From: a bacterium
GTDB lineage: Bacteria; Sysuimicrobiota; Sysuimicrobiia; Sysuimicrobiales; Segetimicrobiaceae
Direction: 5' to 3'
Assembly (NCBI GenBank): GCA_035295165.1
Contig: DATGJN010000117.1
Span: 24,114 to 88,113, forward strand
DNA length: 64,000 nucleotides
Made by a program: the position numbers and the translations under genes. Below are positions 49,299 to 58,961 of this stretch, in pieces (position 1 is the stretch's first letter; every line of letters starts with the position of its first letter). The notes beneath the pieces are model-generated. The model did not search any database and was not told the origin of the DNA. It saw only the letters and a list, made by a program, of their open reading frames with translations.

Positions 49299-49826
49299 CT
49301 AGGTCTTCTTCGGTGCGAGGATCATGATCATGTTGCGACCCTCCATCAGAGGCTGCCGCTCCACGACCGCGACCTCGCCAAGTTGCGTGGCCATCCGGCG
49401 GAGAATCTGCTCCCCGACCTGGGGGTGCGCCATCTCGCGCCCACGGAACCACATCGACACGCGAACTTTGTCGCCGTCCTTAAGGAACCCGCTGACCGCC
49501 CGGGTCTTGACTTGCAGATCGTGTTCCCCGATCTTCGGGCTCAGCCGCATGCCCTTGAGTTCCGACGTCTTGGACTTCTTGTGCGCCAACCGTTCGCGCT
49601 TGGCCTGCTCGTACTTGTACTTGCCGAAATCCATGACGCGGCAGACCGGCGGAGACGCGGTGGGCGCGACCTCCACGAGATCGACCCCGGCCTCTTGAGA
49701 CTTCGCCAGGGCGTCTTGCAGCGACAAGACACCTAACTGCTCGCCGTTCGCTCCAATCAGCCGGACCTCGCGGGCCCGGATGCGATTGTTGATCCGCGTC
49801 TCGCGCTCGCGCTCTACGGGTGTGAT
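49299..49826 (-). CDS. infC: translation initiation factor IF-3 with a non-AUG (ATC) start
   Basis: The in-frame extension upstream of the first ATG encodes the conserved IF3 N-terminus INNRIRAREVRLIGANGEQLGV. The frame opens right after a TGA. Candidate start is ATC at 49826. Confidence 0.8.
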   Translation of the reverse strand: MTPVERERETRINNRIRAREVRLIGANGEQLGVLSLQDALAKSQEAGVDLVEVAPTASPPVCRVMDFGKYKYEQAKRERLAHKKSKTSELKGMRLSPKIGEHDLQVKTRAVSGFLKDGDKVRVSMWFRGREMAHPQVGEQILRRMATQLGEVAVVERQPLMEGRNMIMILAPKKT

Positions 49827-49865
49827 GGGTGTTCAGCCCCCTTTGCATCCCATACTCGTCGTGCC

Positions 49866-49900
49866 GGTACAAACACAGAAGAGGATGGCGACGCCATCCC
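49866..49900 (-). terminator. intrinsic terminator/attenuator hairpin (GGAUGGC-GUC-GCCAUCC + UCUUCUGUGUUUGU) inside the infC leader
   Basis: Seen directly on the minus strand, about 40 nt upstream of the infC start and about 95 nt downstream of the promoter. Confidence 0.5.
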
Positions 49901-49999
49901 CTCCACATGCGTACGTTCTGTGGTGACCTTACCGGCAACCGCACCCGAGGGCTGGCGTCGTAAGGTGAGAAGCGGATGGCTTCTGCTTAGAATGGGCTC

Positions 50000-50029
50000 A
50001 CTATAGCATACGTGCGTTGGAGCGTCAAC
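50000..50029 (-). promoter_or_regulatory. sigma-A type promoter TTGACG-N17-TATAGT for infC-rpmI-rplT
   Basis: Read on the reverse complement of 50000-50029. Confidence 0.5.
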
Positions 50030-50111
50030 GGACGCGCCACGCCGGGCGCGAGATGTTACGAACAGCATGCCGGGCCGCGCCGGAGCCCTGGCAACCTGTC
50101 GCGCTGCATGT

Positions 50112-52373
50112 TCACTGTGGGGGAGGCACGTTCGTGCCCCACGGCAGCACGCGGACCACCACGAGCGCCTGGTCGTCCCTCGCGCCGTCGCCGCTCCATC
50201 GTGCCACGGCGTCCATAACGCGGTCGGCGATGTCCTCTGGTTGGGCGTGACGGTGCTCCACGACGTGCTCGGCGAGCCGCTGTTCGCCAAACTGCTCGCC
50301 GTCCGCGCGCCGCGCCTCCGTGATCCCGTCGGTGAACAGCACCATCAGATCGCCGGGACCCACGCGCGTCTCGATCGCCGCATAGTGTGCTCGGGTCTCG
50401 ACGCCGAGCAGCAAGCCGGGCGCCTCCAGCGTGACCGGGGCGGGCTCGCCGGCGCGCAGCACCAAGGGCGCCGGGTGCCCGGCGCTCGTGCAGCGCAGCG
50501 TCCCCGCCTCCGGGTCGATCACGCCGTAGAAGAGACTGACGAACAGATCCGACGCCGCGTCCTGCGTAAGCACGGTATTCATCCGTGCCAGCACCGCTTC
50601 GGGCGGCCGCCCGTCGAGCACAAACGCCTCAAGCAGGTAGCGGGTGCGCGCGGAGAGCGTGGCGGCGCGAATCCCCTTGCCCGAGACGTCTGCGATCGCA
50701 AAACCGACCTGTCCCTGCCCCAGCGCCAAAACAGCGTAGAAGTCGCCGCCCACCTCGCGGCTCGGGACGTATCGTCCGGCGACTGCGAGGCCGGGGAGGC
50801 GGACGCTCGGCGTCGGGAGCAGCGCCTGCTGTATCACCCCGGCGATCTCCTGTTGGCGCTCGTAGGCGCGCGCGTTGTCGACGGCCAGGGCGACGCGGTC
50901 CGCGAACGCTTCGATCAATCGCACGTCTTGGGCCCGGAACTCGCGCGCTTCGTGGGACACGATCTGCATGACGCCAATGACCTTCCCACCCACGCGCAGC
51001 GGCACGCTCGCCGCGGCTCGCACCCCCTGCGCGAGCAGTCGGGGATCGAGCGCCCGAAACGCCTCTTCGCCCGAGAGCACGAGCGCGCGCCCGCCGTCGG
51101 CGACCCGTCCGGCCAGCCCCTCGCCTCGCGGCAGCCGGCGCACGCCTGCCGCGCCCTGGCCGGACTCCGCCGGAACGACGAGGTCGCCCGTGGCCTCGTC
51201 GACGAACCACACCGTCCCGCCGTCGGCGCGCAGCGCCGAGGCGATCTGTTGCACGAGCGTGACGAGCAACTCGCCGAGCCGCACCGTCGAGAGCGCGGCG
51301 TCGCTGACGCCCTGGAGCGCGTTCATCTCGTCGTGGGACCGCGTGAGCCGTTCGCTCATCTCGTCGAACGCCGCCCCGAGTTCCCCGAGTTCGTCGGTGC
51401 GGCGAAGCCCCACGCGGTGGCCGACCTCGCCGCGTCCGATCGCGCGCGCACCCCGCGCGAGCGCGAGGATCGGGGCACTCAGCTCCGCCCCCAGCACCCA
51501 CGCCAGAAACAGCCCGAGCCCAACCGCGGCGAACACCCACTCCAGTTCTTCCTGCGCGGCCCGGCGCACCGGCTCCAGCGCCGAGGTCTCCGGTTCCAGG
51601 ACGACCGCGGCCCATCGTAGGTTCGAGATCGGCACCGCCGCGCCAACCTCGCGCGCGCCGGCACCGTTCTCCTGGTACCCCTCGATCGTCCGCGGCTCGC
51701 CGCGGAGCGCAGCCTGAACGGCCGGGAGCGCCGCGAGCGAGTGCGCCGACCTCGCCGGCCGCCGCAGATCGAGGACGATGCGGCCGGCATCGTCGACGAT
51801 GACACCGTCCATGTCCGGCGCAAGCGCCGTCGGCAACACCGGCCGCACGCTCGTCAGGTCGACGATGCCGTCGACGACGGCGGCCAGATGCTGCGCCTCG
51901 GTGATGCCGGTGGCGACTTCCAACCCGGGACGGCCGGCCGAGACCCGCACGGCGCCGGTCGCCCAGGGCGCGCCCGCCAGCACCGCGGCGAACCCGCGGC
52001 GGGTCACGACGTTCGCGTAGGGGTCCCCGGACGGGTCGGCCGCCTCTACATGGCCGTCCGGCAGCACTAGGCCGAGCCAGAGGAAGGACGGGTCGTAGGC
52101 GCGGATCGACGCCAGCAACTGCACGATGCCGACCACCGGATACGGCTGGCTCTCCACCGCCGATCCCGCGGCGAGCTCGGCGTGCACCGTGTTGTCGATG
52201 AACGTCGAGACGTCCGAGGCGAGCGCGCGCGCGGCGTCCTGCTGGGTCCGAAGCACAACGTTCCGCCGGGCTCGGTCTTGCTCCACGGTGAGGAGGACCC
52301 CGAGGACCAACACCGGGACCATGCAAATCAGGATGACGCCCGCGATCTTACCGCGGATGCCGAGCCGCATCAC
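50112..52373 (-). CDS. membrane-anchored sensor PP2C phosphatase (N-terminal TM + periplasmic sensor domain, HAMP, GAF, SpoIIE/PP2C)
   Basis: TM segments flanking a periplasmic region of about 250 aa, a HAMP-like linker, a GAF-like segment, and a C-terminal PP2C (GDFYAV...DVSGKG...FTDGITE). Confidence 0.8.
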   Translation of the reverse strand: MMRLGIRGKIAGVILICMVPVLVLGVLLTVEQDRARRNVVLRTQQDAARALASDVSTFIDNTVHAELAAGSAVESQPYPVVGIVQLLASIRAYDPSFLWLGLVLPDGHVEAADPSGDPYANVVTRRGFAAVLAGAPWATGAVRVSAGRPGLEVATGITEAQHLAAVVDGIVDLTSVRPVLPTALAPDMDGVIVDDAGRIVLDLRRPARSAHSLAALPAVQAALRGEPRTIEGYQENGAGAREVGAAVPISNLRWAAVVLEPETSALEPVRRAAQEELEWVFAAVGLGLFLAWVLGAELSAPILALARGARAIGRGEVGHRVGLRRTDELGELGAAFDEMSERLTRSHDEMNALQGVSDAALSTVRLGELLVTLVQQIASALRADGGTVWFVDEATGDLVVPAESGQGAAGVRRLPRGEGLAGRVADGGRALVLSGEEAFRALDPRLLAQGVRAAASVPLRVGGKVIGVMQIVSHEAREFRAQDVRLIEAFADRVALAVDNARAYERQQEIAGVIQQALLPTPSVRLPGLAVAGRYVPSREVGGDFYAVLALGQGQVGFAIADVSGKGIRAATLSARTRYLLEAFVLDGRPPEAVLARMNTVLTQDAASDLFVSLFYGVIDPEAGTLRCTSAGHPAPLVLRAGEPAPVTLEAPGLLLGVETRAHYAAIETRVGPGDLMVLFTDGITEARRADGEQFGEQRLAEHVVEHRHAQPEDIADRVMDAVARWSGDGARDDQALVVVRVLPWGTNVPPPQ

Positions 52374-52456
52374 CCTCCCCCCGTCGGACGGCCCCAGGTC
52401 GGCAAATCGATCCGGGCCCGCGGCGCCTCAGCGACGCTGCCGTTCGAGTAGCGCGC

Positions 52457-52819
52457 CTACGGCCGGCCGGACCCGTGCGTCCTCGCCTTCTCGATGGCCT
52501 CAGGTTCGGTGGCGCAGATCGGGAACACCTGGTCCAGCCCGGTGATCGAAAAGAGCTTCGCGATCTTCGGCTGCGTCGACACGAGCGCCAGCGCGCCCTC
52601 GCGTTCCCGGATCCGCTTCAACGCCGCGGTCAGCACGCGCAGGGCGGTGCTGTCCATGTACGTCGTCTTCGACAGGTTCACCACGACGAGCGGCGGCGCG
52701 CCCGCAGACCCCCGGGCCAGCGCTTCCTCCAGCCGGGGTGCCGTGTAGAGATCCACTTCGCCCGCAACGTCGATGACCGTGACGGTTCCCTCCGTGCGGG
52801 CTCCGATCTGGAGTTCCAT
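52457..52819 (-). CDS. STAS-domain anti-sigma-factor antagonist (RsbV/SpoIIAA-like)
   Basis: MELQIGARTEGTVTVIDVAGEVDLYTAPRLEE...YMDSTALRVL with a conserved phosphorylatable Ser (DST). ATG at 52819 after GGGAGGGA. Confidence 0.8.
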   Translation of the reverse strand: MELQIGARTEGTVTVIDVAGEVDLYTAPRLEEALARGSAGAPPLVVVNLSKTTYMDSTALRVLTAALKRIREREGALALVSTQPKIAKLFSITGLDQVFPICATEPEAIEKARTHGSGRP

Positions 52820-52844
52820 CACCGTCCCTCCCAACCGATGCGGC

Positions 52845-53126
52845 TCAATCGTCCTCGCGGACGACTGTCGCGGCTTGGTAGAGCGCGATCCCCTTGTTCG
52901 CCACCGCCGACGCCACGAACCCGAGCAGGAACAAGAACAGCCCCTTGCTCGCAACGGCGAGTGCGGCGTCCCCGGTCGACCGCCCCGGAACCGACCCCAT
53001 GAGCGCGCCCGACGCCACCAGCTCCAGGTACGCCAGGTAGAATACCGCCAGCAGCAGGAGCACGCCGAGCGCGAAGACGATCATGCCGGACGCCCGTCCC
53101 ACGCCGTCCCGCCCCACCCCCGCCAT
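52845..53126 (-). CDS. hypothetical small membrane protein (2-3 TM)
   Basis: MAGVGRDGVGRASGMIVFALGVLLLLAVFYLAYLELVAS... ATG at 53126. Immediately upstream of the STAS gene. Confidence 0.4.
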   Translation of the reverse strand: MAGVGRDGVGRASGMIVFALGVLLLLAVFYLAYLELVASGALMGSVPGRSTGDAALAVASKGLFLFLLGFVASAVANKGIALYQAATVVREDD

Positions 53127-53137
53127 CCGATCACCCC

Positions 53138-53965
53138 CTAGTCCGGCCGGGCGTGCGCCAGCGCCGTCTGGCACGGACACACCCGCGTGCGGGGGAGTCG
53201 CTCGACCATCGCAAACAGGAGCCGTCGGACCTGTTCGATATTTCCCTGCATGACCTTGATCACGGCCTCATGCGTCACCGGCGGTGCCGTCGGGTCGTCC
53301 TCGACGCCGACGTCGTAATCGGTGATCAACGAGATGTTCACGTAGCACATCTCCAACTCCCGGGCCAAGTACCCTTCGGGATAGTTGGTCATGTTGATCA
53401 CCTCCCATCCCTGCGCGCGGAACCAGCGGCTTTCCGATCGGGTGCTGAACCGCGGCCCCTGAATCACGACCATCGTCCCGCCGTCGTGCACCGAGATCCC
53501 AAGCTCGCGGGCGGTCGTCACCGCCGACCGCCGTAGCGTTGGGCAGTACGGGTCCGCCGCGGACACGTGCGTCACCACCGGCCCATCGTAGAACGTGTCG
53601 GCGCGCCCCCACGTGCGATCCACGAACTGGCTGCAGATGACGAACTCCCCGGGCTTTACGTGCGCCTGCAGGCTCCCGGCGGCACACGGGCCCAACACCC
53701 ATTCCACGCCAAGCGACTTCATCGCCCAAACATTCGCACGGTAGTTGATCCGGTGGGGCGGCAACCGATGGGTCCTGCCGTGTCGCGGGAGAAACACGAC
53801 ACTGCGTCCCGCGATCTCCCCGAGCGTGAGCACGTCGCTCGGCTCCCCGTACGGAGTGTCCACCGTGTGCTCCCGCGCGCCCTCGAGCAGCGAGTAGAAG
53901 CCGGACCCGCCAAATACTCCAATCTCTGCGTGCGGCACCCTCTCCCTCCTTACCCGTGGTCGCAT
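53138..53965 (-). CDS. mtnP: S-methyl-5'-thioadenosine phosphorylase
   Basis: IGVFGGSGFYSL...; PNP/MTAP family motifs (VVFLPRHG, VINMTNYPE). ATG at 53965 with AAGGAGGGAGA RBS; the ORF track's 5' extension is judged spurious. Confidence 0.85.
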   Translation of the reverse strand: MRPRVRRERVPHAEIGVFGGSGFYSLLEGAREHTVDTPYGEPSDVLTLGEIAGRSVVFLPRHGRTHRLPPHRINYRANVWAMKSLGVEWVLGPCAAGSLQAHVKPGEFVICSQFVDRTWGRADTFYDGPVVTHVSAADPYCPTLRRSAVTTARELGISVHDGGTMVVIQGPRFSTRSESRWFRAQGWEVINMTNYPEGYLARELEMCYVNISLITDYDVGVEDDPTAPPVTHEAVIKVMQGNIEQVRRLLFAMVERLPRTRVCPCQTALAHARPD

Positions 53966-54344
53966 CGGTCGAAACCCGCCGCGGCAGCGCGACCGAGGCG
54001 CCGCGTCGCGGCACAACCGCCCCGGCTCGATCAGACGCCCACGATGGCCAGCCGCGCTAACATGCGGCGCGTGGACCGAGGCCGACCCAGCGTCGACGCG
54101 CACCACGTTGGGAACCCCTGCGATGCGCGCGGCGGGAACCGCCCGCACACCCGAATCACGTCTGGGAGGGCGCCGGAAGGCGGCATACCTGAGCGATTCC
54201 GCTCCACGCCGATGCCGTTCGCGTGGCTGTGCTCCCGGCGGTGAAATTGCGCGCGAAACCGCCACGATGGTATCATCTCGGGTGACGGTGGGTCAACTCG
54301 CGGCCGTGCGAATGCCGCGCCCGCCGCACATCCGGAGGTGCGTC

Positions 54345-55529
54345 ATGTCCGCGCGCTCCACCCTGCACGACGAAGCCCGCCCGTTCCGCGGGCCGAGCCG
54401 TCTCTGGTACGGTATGGGGGCCGCCGCACACGCGGCGGACTGCGCGCGGGAGCTGGGCATTCCCTCCGGCCCGGTCCTCGTCCTGACCGACCCCGTCGTG
54501 GACAAGCTCGGACTGGCCGACGACGTTATCGCAAGCCTCCGCGAGGCCGGGTTCGCGCTGCACCGTTTCTCCGAGATCCCCGGGGAACCTACTGTGGAAG
54601 TCGCCGACCGCGGCGCCGCGATCGCCCGCGAGCTCGCGCCGGTTCTCATCGTCGGAGTGGGCGGTGGAAGCGTCATGGATGTGGCGAAGCTCGCCGCCGC
54701 GCTCATCGGCAACCCCGGGAGCGTGCTTGACTATACGCACTTCGGCCGCAAGCGCTTCGCCGGGCCGTCGGTGCCTACGATCCTCGTGCCGACCACCGCC
54801 GGCACCGGTGCGGAGGCCAGCCAGAATGCGGTCGTCACATCGGGCTCGAGGAAGGCGTTCGCCAACAACTACCCTCAACTCCTCGCCGCGGGCGCGTTGC
54901 TCGATCCGCGCCTGACCGTCTCGCTGCCGCCGACCGTCACCGCGCACACCGGCCTCGATGCCCTGAGCCACTGCGTTGAGGGAATCCTCTCCACCAATGC
55001 CACGGCGCTGACGGATCTCTCCGCCGTCCAGGGCATCGGGCTGATCGTGCGTTCGCTCCCGCGTGCCTACGCGGCCGGGACCGACGCCGAGGCCCGCGCG
55101 GGGATGGTGCTGGCCGCGTACCTCGGCGGACTGTCTCTCAACGCGGGCATGGTGCTCGGCCACTCGATCGCCTACACGATCGCGAACCGGCTCCACCTGC
55201 CGCACGGCTTCTCATGCGCGCTCGCGCTCCCGTACGCCATGGCGTACAGTCGTGAGACCGCCGCGGCGCGCCTGCGGCGAATCGGCGAGGCGGCCGGGAC
55301 GGATGGGGCCGACGCGGTGCGCGCGGTCGAATCGCTCTGCCACGACCTCGGCATGCCGGAAGCGCTCAAGACGCTCGGTTTGGCGCGCGAACGCCTCCCC
55401 GAAATGGTGACGGAGTGTCTCGAGCAGTACCCGCGGCCCAACAACCCGCGGCCGCTCGACCCGAGCGTTCTCCTGTCGCTCTATCAGGCGATGTGGGACG
55501 GACGGCCCGCGCACGCGTGGGCGTCGTGA
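54345..55529 (+). CDS. iron-containing (group III) alcohol dehydrogenase
   Basis: GGGS motif (VGVGGGSVMDVAKLAA) and metal-binding His residues (GLDALSHCVEG, HSIAYT). ATG at 54345 after GGAGGTG. Confidence 0.85.
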   Translation: MSARSTLHDEARPFRGPSRLWYGMGAAAHAADCARELGIPSGPVLVLTDPVVDKLGLADDVIASLREAGFALHRFSEIPGEPTVEVADRGAAIARELAPVLIVGVGGGSVMDVAKLAAALIGNPGSVLDYTHFGRKRFAGPSVPTILVPTTAGTGAEASQNAVVTSGSRKAFANNYPQLLAAGALLDPRLTVSLPPTVTAHTGLDALSHCVEGILSTNATALTDLSAVQGIGLIVRSLPRAYAAGTDAEARAGMVLAAYLGGLSLNAGMVLGHSIAYTIANRLHLPHGFSCALALPYAMAYSRETAAARLRRIGEAAGTDGADAVRAVESLCHDLGMPEALKTLGLARERLPEMVTECLEQYPRPNNPRPLDPSVLLSLYQAMWDGRPAHAWAS

Positions 55530-56188
55530 GCGGACGCGGTGAGGCACGCCGTCCGGCCGCGATCCTGTTCGACCTCGACGGCACGCTCCTGGACAGCGCG
55601 GAACTGATCATCACCGCGTTCCAGGAGACGTGCCGATTCCACCTCGGCCTCGACATCGACCGCGGGCTCATTCTTCGGGCGTGGGCCCGGCCGATCCGCG
55701 AGCGCTTTCACGCGCTCGCGCCGGACCGCGACGAGGAACTGTCGCAGGACTACCTAGAGCGGTACGTGGCGCTCCACGACCGATACGCCCGGCTGTTTCC
55801 GGGCGTGCCCCAGACGCTCCAGGCGCTGTCCGACCGCGGGTACCCGATGGCGATCGTCACCTCCAAGCGCCGCGCGACGACGCGCGCGGCGCTGGACGCG
55901 TTCGACTTGGCCCGGTGGTGTTCTGCCGTCATCGTCGATGAGGACACCCGGCGCCACAAGCCGGACCCGGAGCCGGTGCATGCGGCCGCGGGCCAGCTGG
56001 GCGTGACGGCTGCGGAAACGCTCATGGTGGGCGACACACCGTTCGACGTCGCTGCGGGCCGGGACGCCGGCGCGGCCACCGCCGGGGCCTTATGGGGCGC
56101 CGTGGATGCGGACGCCCTCCGTGCCCATCGTCCCGACTATATGCTCACACAACCAGAGGATCTGCTGACGATCTGCCCGTCGCCATAG
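55526..56188 (+). CDS. HAD-family hydrolase (phosphoglycolate-phosphatase-like)
   Basis: Motif I ILFDLDGTLLDS, motif II VTSK, motif IV GDTPFDV. GTG start overlapping the ADH stop (GTGA). Confidence 0.8.
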   Translation: MSGRGEARRPAAILFDLDGTLLDSAELIITAFQETCRFHLGLDIDRGLILRAWARPIRERFHALAPDRDEELSQDYLERYVALHDRYARLFPGVPQTLQALSDRGYPMAIVTSKRRATTRAALDAFDLARWCSAVIVDEDTRRHKPDPEPVHAAAGQLGVTAAETLMVGDTPFDVAAGRDAGAATAGALWGAVDADALRAHRPDYMLTQPEDLLTICPSP

Positions 56189-56210
56189 CGGATCGCGGTC
56201 CCACGGGCGG

Positions 56211-58961
56211 TCACGGCCGACGCCCGGCACGCAGCCTGGCGATGTACAACCTCGCCGCGTGGTCCATCGACGCGGCACGGAGGCGCTCCTCTTCGGCGAA
56301 TTTCGCCTCCTCGGCGGCCCAGCGGTCGGCCTTCTCGTAGGCGTCGTCTTCGATGCGCCGTACCGGATCTGACACCGCACGCTCGCCTCGCACGAACGCG
56401 GCCGCCGCGGCTGCAGCGCCGCCGAGACGGTCCGCGATCGCCGGCACACGGCGGATCGTCACCTCGGCGAGCAGCGCCGCCACCGCCAGTGCCGCGACCG
56501 GGGGCCAGGCGTCGCTTGTCCCGCGGCCGTGCCCCTGGCGGAACGCCTCGTCGGGCGCGTGCAGCAGGATCCCCCCGGTGGCCTCCGCGAGGTGGGCCAG
56601 AAGCGCTGGGTTCCCGCCTGGCTCGCGGAGTTCCGGCGAGTACGGCACGACGAGCCCGGCCGCGCGCGTGCCCACGGGGCCGCGCGCATCCCGTGCCGCG
56701 ACGGTCACCGTGTATACCCCGGGCGTCCCCGCGGGCCACGACGCCTCATAGCGACCTGGCGCGGTCTGCATCATCTCGATGACGTGGCCCGCGCTGCCCG
56801 GGGCGTCCAATTCGGCCTCCACGCGCAGTCCGTCCCAGGGCACACCGTCCGGCCGCCGCGCGTCCACGGCCACCTGGCCAGTCGCCCCGCGAGGATCGCG
56901 CGTGAGCGACACATAGAGCCCGCCGCCGGGGTCGCGCATCGTCCACCGCACCGCCTGCGACCAGAAACGCGCCGCCTGCGGCCATGCCGTCCACGGCGCC
57001 GTCCAGCGCGTGCCGTCGTCCGACGTGAACGCAACGGTGCGCCCGAGCCCGTAGCGCCACGTCGCGAGGACGGGATCGCGCCTGGGGCCCTGCAACGCAA
57101 CGTCGGCCGCGGGCTTCGCGACCGTGGCCACGTATCCTGCGATCGCCGGCGGGATCGCAAGACCGGCGAGGGTCGGCGCCGGCCCGCCGCGGACAAGCGG
57201 TGTCGGTTCCTCGACGAGGTAGGATCGGACGGCGATCAACGCCTCGGTCGTGAAGATCTGCGGGATGGCGTACAGGTCCTTCGCGACGTAAGATCTCCCG
57301 CCGGCCCAGCGGGCCAAGTTGCGCATGAACACCAGATCGGCGTCACCGCCGATGGCGACGGTGCTGATCGTGATCTTCTTGCGGGCGAACGCCGTCGCGA
57401 GCGTGTGAAAATCGCCGGGATCGGTCAGACCATCGCTCATCACGATGATGTGGCGGACTTTGGCCGGAGACGTCTCGAGAAACTTGCCGGCCGCCGCGAG
57501 CGGAGGGTACATCAGCGTCCCGCCGCCCGCCTCGATCCGGGCGACTTCGTTCAGGATCCGATCGCGACTGCGCGCTTCGGTCGGCGGAACGAGCCAGCGG
57601 AATGTCTGGTCGAATGTGATCACGCCGACCTGATCGTGCTCGCTCAGCAAGTCGATGACCGACGAGGCGATCTCCTTGGCCAGCGCCACCTTGGCAAGCT
57701 CCGTACCGAACGCCTCCATGCTGCCCGACGTGTCGATGACCAACACGACCGCCACCGTCGGAAGCGCAGTGGTCTGCCGCACATCCATCCGGACCGGGAG
57801 CGCCGTCTCGAGCGGGGTCCCGGCGTACCCGCCGACGCCGTAGCTCCGCGGACCGCCGATCGCGACCAACCCGCCGCCGAACGCACCGACAAACGTCTTG
57901 AGCGCCGTCTGCTGCGCGGAGCTCAGATCGCCTGCCGCGACGTTGTCCAGCACGACGCTGCCGTAGGGCGCCAAGGCCGTCGGCAGCGTCGGCACGCCGT
58001 CCGGGGTCCGCACGTCCACCGGAAGCCCTTGCCTGGCCAACCAGTCCGGGAGCACGCTCGGGTCGTTCGCGACAAACAGCACGCGGGGCGCGCCCTGCAC
58101 CACGACCAGCGCCTCACCGTGCTTATTGCCCGGCAGCGAATCGGCCGATGTTGTGACGTCGACGCGATACCGTAGGAGCGCCTCGCGCGTCGCCCGGTCG
58201 TCGAACGACACCGCGGTCTCGCCGGGGGCGAGCGACACGTGGCGGGTGGCGACCGGCGTCCCATCCCGACTCCACGTCACCGTGGCGTCCGCCGGCACCG
58301 TCGCGCGCAGGACCGCGCGGACCTGGTACGCCTCCCCGACGTGCACCTCGGCGGGCGCCACCACGTCGTCCACGAGCACCACGGCGGGGGCGGCCCCGGC
58401 GAGCGGCACGGCGTCGACGGCGATTCCATCGGCGGCCGCGCGGCGCGCGGCCGCCGCGGCGTCACCGACGTTCTCGGCCCCGTCGCTCAGCACCACGATC
58501 CGCCGTGCGCCTTCGCGCGGAAGGATCTGCCGCGCCAGGTCGACTGCCGCGCCGATGTCGGTGGCGTCGGGCTGCGGCGCTGCCTCGAGGCCGTCCACCG
58601 CCGCGTGCGGCGCAACCGGAAACTGCAACAACGGCGCACCCGCAAAGGTCACGACGCCGGCCTGGTCCTCCGGGTGCATGCGGGCCAGCGCGCCGGTCAC
58701 AAACGCGGCTTCCGCGCGGCGCTCGTCCGGCGTGATGCTCGCCGACCGATCTACCGCGAACGCGACGCGGACGCCCGCCGACGGCACGGTCATCGTCGGC
58801 CCGGCAAGCGCCAGGATGAGCAGGGCGAGCGTTGCGGCCCGCAACGCCGTCGCAATGCGCCAGCGACGTCCAAGGCGGCGCCGCCCCAGCCACCAAACCA
58901 CGAGCACAAGCGGCAGCAGCGCGAGCCACCAGGGATGCTGGAGCGCGATCGGCAGCGTCAT
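56211..58961 (-). CDS. BatB-like protein: N-terminal double-TM anchor, two VWA domains and a long C-terminal region
   Basis: MTLPIALQHPWWLALLPLVLVVWWL (BatA_N-type anchor). MIDAS motifs in two VWA repeats (AVDRSASI; VIDTSGSM). ATG overlaps the upstream stop (ATGA). Confidence 0.8.
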   Translation of the reverse strand: MTLPIALQHPWWLALLPLVLVVWWLGRRRLGRRWRIATALRAATLALLILALAGPTMTVPSAGVRVAFAVDRSASITPDERRAEAAFVTGALARMHPEDQAGVVTFAGAPLLQFPVAPHAAVDGLEAAPQPDATDIGAAVDLARQILPREGARRIVVLSDGAENVGDAAAAARRAAADGIAVDAVPLAGAAPAVVLVDDVVAPAEVHVGEAYQVRAVLRATVPADATVTWSRDGTPVATRHVSLAPGETAVSFDDRATREALLRYRVDVTTSADSLPGNKHGEALVVVQGAPRVLFVANDPSVLPDWLARQGLPVDVRTPDGVPTLPTALAPYGSVVLDNVAAGDLSSAQQTALKTFVGAFGGGLVAIGGPRSYGVGGYAGTPLETALPVRMDVRQTTALPTVAVVLVIDTSGSMEAFGTELAKVALAKEIASSVIDLLSEHDQVGVITFDQTFRWLVPPTEARSRDRILNEVARIEAGGGTLMYPPLAAAGKFLETSPAKVRHIIVMSDGLTDPGDFHTLATAFARKKITISTVAIGGDADLVFMRNLARWAGGRSYVAKDLYAIPQIFTTEALIAVRSYLVEEPTPLVRGGPAPTLAGLAIPPAIAGYVATVAKPAADVALQGPRRDPVLATWRYGLGRTVAFTSDDGTRWTAPWTAWPQAARFWSQAVRWTMRDPGGGLYVSLTRDPRGATGQVAVDARRPDGVPWDGLRVEAELDAPGSAGHVIEMMQTAPGRYEASWPAGTPGVYTVTVAARDARGPVGTRAAGLVVPYSPELREPGGNPALLAHLAEATGGILLHAPDEAFRQGHGRGTSDAWPPVAALAVAALLAEVTIRRVPAIADRLGGAAAAAAAFVRGERAVSDPVRRIEDDAYEKADRWAAEEAKFAEEERLRAASMDHAARLYIARLRAGRRP

